The position numbers were made by a program, and so were the translations under genes. Shown in pieces: positions 39,786 through 48,996 of a DNA stretch of 64,000 nt. Under the pieces are notes generated by a model. The model was not told the origin of the DNA and made no database searches. It saw only the letters and a list, made by a program, of their open reading frames with translations. Source of the DNA: Candidatus Latescibacterota bacterium (lineage in GTDB: Bacteria > Latescibacterota > UBA2968); contig OZ242311.1 in NCBI GenBank assembly GCA_965207885.1, positions 4,256,001-4,320,000 on the forward strand. Reading direction: 5' to 3'. Each line of letters begins with the position of its first letter. The first letter of the stretch is position 1.

Positions 39786-40877
39786 GTGAATAACACAACT
39801 GCCCCCCAGGACGCCGGCATGTCTGCCGACCAACTCGAACGAGCTTTTAACCTGCTCACAGCCGCCACAGAAGCCGGACAAATTGGCGCGGCCTCACTGA
39901 CGGTTACACGGCACGGCAAGGAAGTCTTCGCCCGGGGATGCGGGCAACAGCACCCTCGCACAGGCCAGCCAGTCGATGCGGACTCGATATTTCTCCTCGC
40001 CTCAATCACCAAACCCGTTACAGCCTGCGCGCTGATGATCCTCGTAGATCGAGGGCTGATCTCACTCAACGACCCGGCCATTGATTATCTACCCGAATAC
40101 ACCGGCGGCGACCGTTCCGCCGTCAAAGTGCGCCACTTGCTCTCGCACATATCCGGCATGCCCGACATGCTACCCGAAAACACCAGCTTGCGACAGGCGC
40201 ACACACCCGTAGCTGGCTTCGTAGAACTAGCACTCCAGACGCCCTTGCTCTACAAACCGGAAACCGATTTTTCCTACCAGAGCATGGGCATCCTGCTCGC
40301 AGCCGAAATTGTCGAACGAGTCAGTGGACAGCGATTGCGCGACTTCGAGCGCGAGGAGATCTTTGCACCGCTGGGAATGGCGCAAAGCGCATTGGGGATG
40401 GGCGAATGGACACTTGAAGACGTGGTATGGTGCGGAACGGATGTCGAAGAGGACGAAGAACAACAGAGCTGGGGTTGGAACTCCCCTTACTGGCGCGACT
40501 TTGGAGCACCGTGGGGCGGCATGCACAGCACTGGACGCGATCTGGCGATCCTATTGCAAACCATGCTCAACGGCGGCACTTATGGCGATCGGCGCATCTT
40601 CAGCCGCGCAGCAGTCGCAGCCATGACGCGAGATCAAAACGGGGCACTCAATGCGCCCTGGGGAATCGGTTGGAGCGTATCCGGAGCGCGGGTATGGGGC
40701 TTTTGGGGCGATCTGGTATCTCAACAAACCTTCGGACACACCGGAGCGACCGGCACAGTAGCCTGGGCAGACGCCGAGCGTCAACTCAGTTGCGTCGTAC
40801 TCACCAATCAGATGGTCGCAGAAGGCAGCCTCCTGCGACGGGTTTCCAACGCAGTCGCAGCAGCAGTGGAAGAATAG
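39786..40877 (+). CDS. Serine hydrolase, beta-lactamase-related family
   Basis: SITK (SxxK), LLSHISG, YQS and FGHTGATG motifs. Confidence 0.88.
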   Translation: MNNTTAPQDAGMSADQLERAFNLLTAATEAGQIGAASLTVTRHGKEVFARGCGQQHPRTGQPVDADSIFLLASITKPVTACALMILVDRGLISLNDPAIDYLPEYTGGDRSAVKVRHLLSHISGMPDMLPENTSLRQAHTPVAGFVELALQTPLLYKPETDFSYQSMGILLAAEIVERVSGQRLRDFEREEIFAPLGMAQSALGMGEWTLEDVVWCGTDVEEDEEQQSWGWNSPYWRDFGAPWGGMHSTGRDLAILLQTMLNGGTYGDRRIFSRAAVAAMTRDQNGALNAPWGIGWSVSGARVWGFWGDLVSQQTFGHTGATGTVAWADAERQLSCVVLTNQMVAEGSLLRRVSNAVAAAVEE

Positions 40878-40909
40878 TTTCCACCCATACATCATTTCAA
40901 GGAGACATT

Positions 40910-42631
40910 ATGAATACCGCAGCAAAAACGCGACAGACCAGACGTGACCGCGAGCGCATTGCATGGTGGGAAGAAGCGCGGTTTGGCATGTTCATTCACT
41001 GGGGCGTGTATGCGATTCCCGCGGGCAAATGGAAAGGCAAAGCCATTGAAGGCATTGGGGAATGGATTATGCGCCGAGCCGAAATTCCCGCCGAGGAATA
41101 CGAACAACTCGCCTCACAATTCAATCCGGTAAAATTCGACGCCGATGCGGTTGCCAAACTCGCGCGGGATGCAGGTATGAAATACCTCGTTATCACGGCA
41201 AAACACCACGACGGCTTTGCCATGTATGACTCCCCGTGCAGCGACTACGACATCGTCGATGCCACGCCTTATGGCAAAGATATTATGGCAGACCTATCCA
41301 AAGCCTGCCAAAAATACGGCATTCGCCTCTGCTTCTACTATTCTCAAGATCAGGACTGGCACGACCCCAACGCCTCTGGAAACAACTGGGATTTTGATCC
41401 CGCGACCAAAGACTTCGCCTATTATCTCGAAAACAAAGCCAAACCCCAGGTGCGCGAGTTGCTCACGCAATATGGGCCTATCGGCCTGATATGGTTCGAC
41501 ACTCCCGTCTCCATTTCCCTGGAACAGAGCCAATCGCTCTCCCGTCTCGTCCACGGTTTGCAACCCGACTGCCTCGTCAGTGGTCGCGTGGGCAATGGCG
41601 TAGGGGACTATGGCAGCCTGGGCGACAACCAGATCCCCACCGGTCGCCTCGAAGGCTACTGGGAGACACCCGCCACCCTCAACGATACCTGGGGCTATAA
41701 AACCGATGACCACAACTGGAAAAGCGTAAAAACACTGCTCCATCTTCTCGTTGAACTCACCAGCAAAGGCGTCAACTACCTGCTCAACATCGGGCCACGC
41801 GCCGACGGCAGTGTGCCCATGCCCAGTATCAATCGCCTTCGCGCCATTGGCGAATGGATGAACACCAACAGCGAAGCGATCTACGGCACCAAAGCCACGC
41901 CATACCCCTATGAATTTCCCTGGGGTGGCATCACGCAAAAAGGCAACCGTCTCTACTTGCTCTTTACCACATGGCCCGGTGAGGATTTCACCCTCCTGGG
42001 CCTGCGCAACCGCGTTACAAACGCGACCTTGCTCGCCGACAAAAGCGCGCACATCGACATCTCTCAAATCCGCGACAACGACTGCGATATCTTAACATTG
42101 CGCCTGCCCGAATGCCCCGACCCAAATGTCTCAGTCGTCGCCCTCGAACTCGATGGCGCACCCGATGTCGATCAAACCGCTCTCCAGCAAACCGATGGCT
42201 CTATCACCATGATCGCCAGCATGGCAAACTTGCACACGTCCGAGACGGGAACGCAGATCCGCATTGGCGAAACCGGTGTAATTCAAGACTGGTTTGACAC
42301 ATCCAACTGGATCGACTGCGATTTCAAAGTATTCAAACCCGGCACCTTTGAAATACGCGTTCACACCAGTACACTCCGCCGCGTCCGCGAATGGACAGGC
42401 GGCCACGAAGTGCGCGTTGACATTGCGGGCAACACATTCAGCAAAACCATCACACCCGACGTCTGGAGCGACAGCCCCAAAGCGCAGTATTTCCCAGAAG
42501 CCGCAACCATTATTGGCCAGGTCCAACTCGACGAACCCGGCCTTTACACCGTCGAAGTCCGCGCCGAATCCATCAACGAACAATCCCGCGCCGGACTATC
42601 CGTCTCAGCCATTTCTCTGACGCGCGAATAA
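40910..42631 (+). CDS. Alpha-L-fucosidase (GH29)
   Basis: RFGMFIHWG, TAKHHDGF, IWFD and LLNIGP motifs. Confidence 0.92.
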   Translation: MNTAAKTRQTRRDRERIAWWEEARFGMFIHWGVYAIPAGKWKGKAIEGIGEWIMRRAEIPAEEYEQLASQFNPVKFDADAVAKLARDAGMKYLVITAKHHDGFAMYDSPCSDYDIVDATPYGKDIMADLSKACQKYGIRLCFYYSQDQDWHDPNASGNNWDFDPATKDFAYYLENKAKPQVRELLTQYGPIGLIWFDTPVSISLEQSQSLSRLVHGLQPDCLVSGRVGNGVGDYGSLGDNQIPTGRLEGYWETPATLNDTWGYKTDDHNWKSVKTLLHLLVELTSKGVNYLLNIGPRADGSVPMPSINRLRAIGEWMNTNSEAIYGTKATPYPYEFPWGGITQKGNRLYLLFTTWPGEDFTLLGLRNRVTNATLLADKSAHIDISQIRDNDCDILTLRLPECPDPNVSVVALELDGAPDVDQTALQQTDGSITMIASMANLHTSETGTQIRIGETGVIQDWFDTSNWIDCDFKVFKPGTFEIRVHTSTLRRVREWTGGHEVRVDIAGNTFSKTITPDVWSDSPKAQYFPEAATIIGQVQLDEPGLYTVEVRAESINEQSRAGLSVSAISLTRE

Positions 42632-42648
42632 ACGAAAAGGAGGATCCC

Positions 42649-43665
42649 ATGCCACTGGAAGTATGTGCCCTATCACCCGAAAAGATGGAACTGCGGGAAT
42701 ACGAGGAACCAAAAGTAGGAACAGGACAGATGAAAGTGCAGAGCCTGTACGCTGCGGCCAAGCACGGAACCGAGTTATCGGGGATAAAAGGTGACAGCGC
42801 GAAACGCGGACCTTATGATCCGGAACTCCAGGTATTCCCAAACACGGGCAAAGGGCGGTCGTCTCGGACGGGCAATATGTTTATAGGCACTGTAATCAGC
42901 GAGGGCGTAGATGGGTTCGTAGAAGGCGACGTAGTGCTGAGCTACGGACCATTTAGAGAAGTCCATGTCATCTCGACCGAACGATGCTGGAAAGTACCAG
43001 AAGGATTTTCGTGGAAATCCGCGGTCTGTTTGGACCCGGCGGATTTTGCCATGTGTGCGGTCAGAGATGGACAGGTAAGAGTCGGAGACGCTGTGGCCGT
43101 ATTTGGGATGGGAGCCATTGGCCTGATGGTCGTACAAATCGCCAAATTATCCGGGGCATATCCAATCATCGCGGTCGATCCATTGGAAAACCGCCAAAAA
43201 GTGGCTCAAATCTGCGGTGCCGACCTGATCCTCGATCCCACAACCTGTGATGCAGGCGTAGAAATCAAAAAAGCAACCGGGAACCGGGGCGTGGATGTAG
43301 CAATTGACTACAGCGCCAATGTACACGCCCTGCAAGCAGCCATACGCGGCGTGGCATTTGGCGGCAATGTAGTGGCTGGCGCTGCGCCAGCACCTTATGG
43401 TCCCGGACTCGATCTTGGCGCAGAAGCGCATTACAACCGCCCCAATCTCATCTTTTCGCGGTCCTGCAGCGACCCCAACCGGGAATATCCCCGATGGGAC
43501 GAAAAACGCATTTACGCCACTTGCTGGCGACTGCTCACCGAGGGAAAACTGACGGGCGAACCCATTGTAACGCCCGTAGTAGCTTTTGAAGACCTCGTCG
43601 CAGAATATCCCAAAATCACCAGCAACCCCGAGCAGAATATTAAATTAGGAGCTTATTTCAAATAG
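42649..43665 (+). CDS. Zinc-type (MDR) alcohol dehydrogenase-like oxidoreductase
   Basis: AAKHGTE and GMGAIG Rossmann motif. Confidence 0.85.
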   Translation: MPLEVCALSPEKMELREYEEPKVGTGQMKVQSLYAAAKHGTELSGIKGDSAKRGPYDPELQVFPNTGKGRSSRTGNMFIGTVISEGVDGFVEGDVVLSYGPFREVHVISTERCWKVPEGFSWKSAVCLDPADFAMCAVRDGQVRVGDAVAVFGMGAIGLMVVQIAKLSGAYPIIAVDPLENRQKVAQICGADLILDPTTCDAGVEIKKATGNRGVDVAIDYSANVHALQAAIRGVAFGGNVVAGAAPAPYGPGLDLGAEAHYNRPNLIFSRSCSDPNREYPRWDEKRIYATCWRLLTEGKLTGEPIVTPVVAFEDLVAEYPKITSNPEQNIKLGAYFK

Positions 43666-43805
43666 CTCCCAGGCTTTTTTGCCATCTCGTAAGCGGACTT
43701 AGAGCAGATATGCTACGCGCTGTTCGAGGATTTGACCCGCCAAGACAGAACCCAACACAAAACAGCCATCCAATGTGGGTGGCTGTTCTAATAAGGAAAA
43801 TTTCC

Positions 43806-44900
43806 ATGCTGAAAATCAAGGTAGTTGTATTGTTTTTTCTTTTTTTATGTCAGACTGCTGAGAGCAAAGAACTAAGTCCAGACATACAGTTATTGATTGC
43901 TCATGGGTTTATTAAAGAAGCAAAACTTGAGTTGATTGCCGTGGCCCGCAATCCTGCAAATAGTGACCCAGAGAAAATACAGGCTCTATTGCTTTTGGAC
44001 ACGATAGCATCAAATAACACAGAAAAAAAAGTTGTTTTGGAGATGCTATGTGACATTGACAACAAATACTTGCCGCAGCTAAAACAATTTGAAGCTGATG
44101 TTTTAAAGGAAAAAGAGCAAGAGAAGTTAGCCCAGCAAAGGCTCCGAGATGAGGAACACGCCAAACAGTATCTTGAACATGCAAAGTTATGGAGAAAACG
44201 GATAAGAGAATGGAAGGATAGTTCCGATTATTATGACTATGAAGAGTTGGTGGCGTCTATGGAATTTTGGCTTAACAAAGCATTAAATCATGTTCCCAAC
44301 TCCGATGTATCTAAAGATGCCTTTGAGTTTTATTTTGATGTTCTATTTCAAGACCTGATAATCTACAAGCCGGGATTCTTCTCTTCTAAGTTAGATGCAA
44401 AGAATTTTGAAGAATCAATGGCCAAGATTGTCAATGGCCTTAAAATTTATGAGACAATGTATTCCGACGCTCCAGAGGTTTTGGAGTTGATGTGGAATAT
44501 ACATGACACTTTTTACCGGTTGTCTCTGCATCGTCAATGGCGGCAAGTGATTCCAAGAAAGCGTAGTGATATAAAAGGGGAACATAGGGGTTTAACTTAT
44601 ATTGGCTCTATGTTTGACATGTACATGTTGTCCCTGGAATGGTTAGATCGTATTATGAAGAAATCCGAGGATAGAGAGAATTTCTATTCTGATATGGCAC
44701 GTCGAAAATATCGATTTATGTCTCGCTACTTCCACCGTTATGTCGAGAAGGACGAAAAGAACCGATATCGCATCAAAAGTGTCCATCACTCAAGTGGATT
44801 TAGAGGTGTAACAGAAGAAGACCTAAAAAAGATACAAGAAGAACTCAGCCTAAGAGTCACGAAATACCCTGTTATAGAAATATCTTCTGTTTCCCATTAG
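43806..44900 (+). CDS. Hypothetical exported protein, visibly AT-rich
   Basis: Signal-peptide-like MLKIKVVVLFFLFLCQTA; composition differs from neighbours. Confidence 0.7.
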   Translation: MLKIKVVVLFFLFLCQTAESKELSPDIQLLIAHGFIKEAKLELIAVARNPANSDPEKIQALLLLDTIASNNTEKKVVLEMLCDIDNKYLPQLKQFEADVLKEKEQEKLAQQRLRDEEHAKQYLEHAKLWRKRIREWKDSSDYYDYEELVASMEFWLNKALNHVPNSDVSKDAFEFYFDVLFQDLIIYKPGFFSSKLDAKNFEESMAKIVNGLKIYETMYSDAPEVLELMWNIHDTFYRLSLHRQWRQVIPRKRSDIKGEHRGLTYIGSMFDMYMLSLEWLDRIMKKSEDRENFYSDMARRKYRFMSRYFHRYVEKDEKNRYRIKSVHHSSGFRGVTEEDLKKIQEELSLRVTKYPVIEISSVSH

Positions 44901-45001
44901 ACATAAAAACAGCCACCAGTGATAGGTGGCTATTTCTTTATACGTATTTGTGAATTGAACCACTATTCGCCAGAATGCCCTGCCGCCCATTGTACCGCAT
45001 C

Positions 45002-45949
45002 TCATTCTTCGGAATAACGTTGCGTAACCGCCTTTGCGGCTTCGTCAAGGCCGGGAAAAAGACTCTCACGAGTGATGTTCAGGAAGCGCAATTCTTCCAT
45101 AATATCCTGCTTACTCGTGTACGGCACCTTGAGCGTATAATAGTCGTAAACTGGAATGTCGGTGTTCCGACTCAGAATTTCTTCGCGCTCAAACCGCTCG
45201 TGAAATACCGAAATGAGAAAGGCACCGGATTGCATCCGGATGCGCTCAAACGACTGTTGAGGTTCAACCACGAAGACGCGCAAGAAATCTCTTAAGTCGA
45301 TATTTTTCAGGAAATACGGTTTCTCTTGCCGGATGAAATGGTAGAGACGATCCCAAGCCTCTTCGTGTTCTTTTACAAGGCGTTCTTTTACAAGATCCAA
45401 GTCTTCGTCCTCATCAGTGCCTTCCCCCATTTTGCTCAACAACTGATTCTGCTCTGCATAACGAAGTTTGGCGAAATTGGCGATGACGCTTACCGTGTCG
45501 CTGTTGAACGACTTAACCATGTCTCTCCACACCGAGAATACATGCAGGCGACCATCCTCGATACTGTCATCTTCGCAGGCATTGAACAGAGCGACCAAAG
45601 GATTTCGGGTTATATCGAGGAGCCGAGTCTTAAGCCCATAATGCTGTGCAAGCACCCATTGTGATAATGCTGATGTCAGCCCGCTAAACGCCTCCGGCTG
45701 ACGCGACATAAGTTCGTTCAGCATCTCGCCTTCCCATGCCCGGAATGGGAATTTATCTTTATTCTCTTCTGAACACCGCATCACGGAGGGACGTAGATCC
45801 CACGAGTCGTCGCATTCTCCTCGGAAATAGAGTTGATCATCAGGATGTTGGTTTTGCAGGTCGCGGCATGCTCCCAGCAAATTCTCAATACTTTTGATTT
45901 CCTTATTGCCGTTCTCCCGATTTGCCCCGGTATTTTGGGCTTCTTTCAT
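45002..45949 (-). CDS. FRG domain protein
   Basis: LYFRGE, LRPSV, AQHYGLKTRLLDITRNPLVALFNAC, ERIRMQSGAF and LFPGLD motifs; ATG overlaps the upstream TGA. Confidence 0.9.
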   Translation of the reverse strand: MKEAQNTGANRENGNKEIKSIENLLGACRDLQNQHPDDQLYFRGECDDSWDLRPSVMRCSEENKDKFPFRAWEGEMLNELMSRQPEAFSGLTSALSQWVLAQHYGLKTRLLDITRNPLVALFNACEDDSIEDGRLHVFSVWRDMVKSFNSDTVSVIANFAKLRYAEQNQLLSKMGEGTDEDEDLDLVKERLVKEHEEAWDRLYHFIRQEKPYFLKNIDLRDFLRVFVVEPQQSFERIRMQSGAFLISVFHERFEREEILSRNTDIPVYDYYTLKVPYTSKQDIMEELRFLNITRESLFPGLDEAAKAVTQRYSEE

Positions 45950-46773
45950 ACGGCCTTCGCTTTCCACAGTTTCGCTTTCCATATCTGCGAATGCGATATA
46001 TTTGTGCCGATGAGCTTTGTAGAGACAAAATCTGCGCCAGCGACTGTCGCTTTCGTCAGGTTGGCATTGGAAAGATCGGCTTCGGAAAAATCGGCTTCGG
46101 AAAGGTTGGCACCGGAGAGATCGGCATAGGTGAGAGTCGCTCTCTTGAACTTGGCACGGGAGAGGTTAGCACCAGTCAGATTGGCATTGGAAAGATCCGC
46201 ATTGGAAAGATCGGCATTGGAGAGATTAGCTTTGGAAAGGATAGCACTAGAAAGGTTGGCACCGGTCAAGACAGCTTCAGAAAGGTCGGCTTCAAGGAGT
46301 TCGGCACAGACGAGAATTGCACCAGTCAGATTGGCTTTGGTAAGGACAGCATCACAAAGGGCGGCACCGCTAAGGTTGGCACCGGTTAAGTTAGCACTGG
46401 AGAGGATAGAAAATGAAAGGTTGGCACCGGAGAGATCGGACTTAAACAAAAAAGCCTCGGTTAAATCGGTCTCCCAAAGCCGCGCTTGATAGAGTTTGGT
46501 GTTAGAGAGTTTGGCCCGTCTAAGATTGGCGTTGTAAAGATACACACCGGTCAAGTCGGCACTATTTGAATTGGATTTGGAGGGGGCGGCCCAGGTACTC
46601 AGATCAATTTCAGAGAGAGGCATTTTCCTATTGCTATCGAGTTTGCCTGCTTCCTGAAATTTTTTGTAGAGGTTCACCCCCGCAAGATCTGGCACAAAAT
46701 TTTCACGCTCGCGCATCGCGTTCCATGATTCGGCTCCTTCGAGAAGCCATTCAATGTGTTGTTTATCCGCCAT
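45946..46773 (-). CDS. Pentapeptide-repeat protein
   Basis: MADKQHIEWLLEG..WN start; many A(D/N)LS/T repeats. Confidence 0.9.
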   Translation of the reverse strand: MADKQHIEWLLEGAESWNAMRERENFVPDLAGVNLYKKFQEAGKLDSNRKMPLSEIDLSTWAAPSKSNSNSADLTGVYLYNANLRRAKLSNTKLYQARLWETDLTEAFLFKSDLSGANLSFSILSSANLTGANLSGAALCDAVLTKANLTGAILVCAELLEADLSEAVLTGANLSSAILSKANLSNADLSNADLSNANLTGANLSRAKFKRATLTYADLSGANLSEADFSEADLSNANLTKATVAGADFVSTKLIGTNISHSQIWKAKLWKAKAV

Positions 46774-47100
46774 ATCCCTTTCTCCTCTACTCAGAATTTC
46801 ATTTATCTTCCTGCTGGTATAAGACTGTTGAGGTATGCTCGGCATACCTTTCTGCTTAATCGTCTCAGACCAATATAGCCAACATCATATCATCGTGCAA
46901 GGTCATCGCTTTTTTTCGATGAATTTGGGGGCACTATCCGGCGCAAGGCCAAACGAACCCAAACGCCCTGATCTGACCTGCGGGTTTTCATCCTGATCAT
47001 CCTTTCATCACTGGATAGAACCACTCCAGTGCAGGCTCTGCCCATCCAGATGAACTGATCTGAAAATCGACCAGTTGTACACCGCTTCCGATAATGTTTT

Positions 47101-48996
47101 TCACCCCAACACCCGCACATCCCCTTGCCGAATGGTTATGCCTTGTGTATCAAAATAATTTAACAGCGGCACGGCAAATTTGCGCGTGGTGCCGATCAGG
47201 CTGCGAAAAGTCGATACATCGATCTCTCCATTTTCTTTCAGATAATCGACCAGTTGCCGCGCCACCTCTTCCATCACCTCCGGATGAAAGAGCAACGTAT
47301 CGTCCAGGCGCACCAGATTTCCCATAGCCTGCATCGCCGACACCACATCTCGCACAGAGCTGGCATTGACCTGAATCGCATCGGGCAGCGTCTTCAAGTC
47401 CTCAGGCGTCGTCCCCCCATCTTTTAATACCCGCACAATCGCATCGCGAATTTCCTCTTGTTGGGGCGTCAACGCAATTTTGTAATCGCGCAACCCGATC
47501 AGCGCGTTATCGCTTCTTAAGATACCTTCGCGAACGAGATATTCAACACCCTGCGCAAACAAATCGTCAGACGGCGTACCCTTCACCAATGCGCGAAGCT
47601 CCTCGCGTCGCGCACCTGGTCGGAGGGGATGCGCCTCGTGAAAAACCTGCACCGCATCGCCAATTCCGTCCAGCAATTCCCGCCAGCACATCGCGTGGAC
47701 ATACATCGCTTTACCCGCCTGCACATAAGAAATCACATCGCCCGAATTGGCGAGCGCGGTTAACTGACCCTCAATCCCACTCGCAGACACCGCCATCTCA
47801 GACGCGAGTTGGAGCGCAGTTCGCGGTTGCAATCGCGCGGCCTTTAAGCGCGTCAACAAAACCTGTGTGGGATCATCCTGCTCCAATTCTCGCAGTGCAT
47901 CATTGACATCGTCCCGAAACCGCCGATGCTTCACGGGTTGCGGATCCAGCACCACGCCACCGCCCAGCGTTTGCACTGGTGAATACCGCCGGATCACAAA
48001 CCGATCTCCCCGTGCGGCAACGCCCGGTTCCTCCAGGCGCAACTGCACCAGTTGCGATTCACCCGGCAACAAAGTCTCACCTTCGAGCAACACCACGCGA
48101 GCCAAAACCTCTCGCGGTCCCATAAGCAGATGTACGCGCGTGCGATTTGTCACATGCGCGGGTGCATCGGGTAGCATGTGCAAGCGCGCATCGATCATAT
48201 ACGTCGTCTCAAAATACCCCGGTTGTGCCAGAAGATCACCCCGAGACACTTCATCTACTTCGACCCCGCTTATATTAATAGCCGCGCGCGCGCCCACCTG
48301 TGCCACATCCACATCCCGCCCATGCGTTTGCACGCCGCGCACTCGAACACCTTTGCCCGCTGGCAACAGCGACAATTCGTCTCGCACGCGCACATCCCCT
48401 GAAATCACAGTACCCGTCACCACAGTTCCAAATCCCTGCACGGAAAAAGTGCGATCAACGGGCAAGCGAAAAATACCCTGGTCTGGCCGTACCTCAACCC
48501 TTGCAACCTCCGCCTCAACCGCCGCGCGCAACGCATCGATCCCCTCACCCGTGATCGACGATACGGGCACAATCGGTGCATCCTCCAAAAATGTATCTGC
48601 AAACACCTCCCGCAATTCCTCTTCCACCAGCTCCAGCCACTCTTCTTCTACCAGATCAACTTTAGTCAACACCACAATACCGCGGGGTACGCCCAAAAGA
48701 TTCAAAATACCCAGATGCTCGCGCGTCTGCGGCATCACCCCATCATCGGCAGCCACCACAAAAAGTGCCAGATCAACCGTACACACCCCCGTCACCATAT
48801 TCTTGACAAACCGCTCGTGCCCGGGCACATCGATAATGGTCACATTATCTTTCCAATACGCAAAACCAATATCAATGGTCACGCCGCGATCGCGCTCCTC
48901 GGGCAAAGTATCGGTCTCAATACCCGTCAATGCCTTAACCAGTGCCGTCTTGCCGTGATCAATATGCCCGGCCGTTCCAATAATCACATGCGCCAT
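47101..48996 (-). CDS. selB: Selenocysteine-specific elongation factor
   Basis: GTAGHIDHGKT, DVPGHERF and QTREH motifs; C-terminal TRKFAVPLLNYFD winged helix. Confidence 0.96.
   Translation of the reverse strand: MAHVIIGTAGHIDHGKTALVKALTGIETDTLPEERDRGVTIDIGFAYWKDNVTIIDVPGHERFVKNMVTGVCTVDLALFVVAADDGVMPQTREHLGILNLLGVPRGIVVLTKVDLVEEEWLELVEEELREVFADTFLEDAPIVPVSSITGEGIDALRAAVEAEVARVEVRPDQGIFRLPVDRTFSVQGFGTVVTGTVISGDVRVRDELSLLPAGKGVRVRGVQTHGRDVDVAQVGARAAINISGVEVDEVSRGDLLAQPGYFETTYMIDARLHMLPDAPAHVTNRTRVHLLMGPREVLARVVLLEGETLLPGESQLVQLRLEEPGVAARGDRFVIRRYSPVQTLGGGVVLDPQPVKHRRFRDDVNDALRELEQDDPTQVLLTRLKAARLQPRTALQLASEMAVSASGIEGQLTALANSGDVISYVQAGKAMYVHAMCWRELLDGIGDAVQVFHEAHPLRPGARREELRALVKGTPSDDLFAQGVEYLVREGILRSDNALIGLRDYKIALTPQQEEIRDAIVRVLKDGGTTPEDLKTLPDAIQVNASSVRDVVSAMQAMGNLVRLDDTLLFHPEVMEEVARQLVDYLKENGEIDVSTFRSLIGTTRKFAVPLLNYFDTQGITIRQGDVRVLG

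Noticed and set aside
40427-40909. N-terminal extension of the fucosidase ORF (and similar extensions at 11203, 13233, 15891, 32675)
   Set aside because: These overlap upstream genes in other frames; SD-preceded downstream ATGs give family-typical starts.
46000-46560. 15-bp periodic repeats
   Set aside because: Fully explained by pentapeptide-repeat coding; the antisense ORFs (ERLA/IGKIG repeats) are shadows.
46880-47095. Possible tRNA-Sec (selC) downstream of selB; the minus strand has GGAAG..., a TTCA and a GTTC-containing hairpin
   Set aside because: No 7-nt anticodon loop with a proper stem, no acceptor stem pairing and no CCA; looks like degenerate intergenic repeat sequence.
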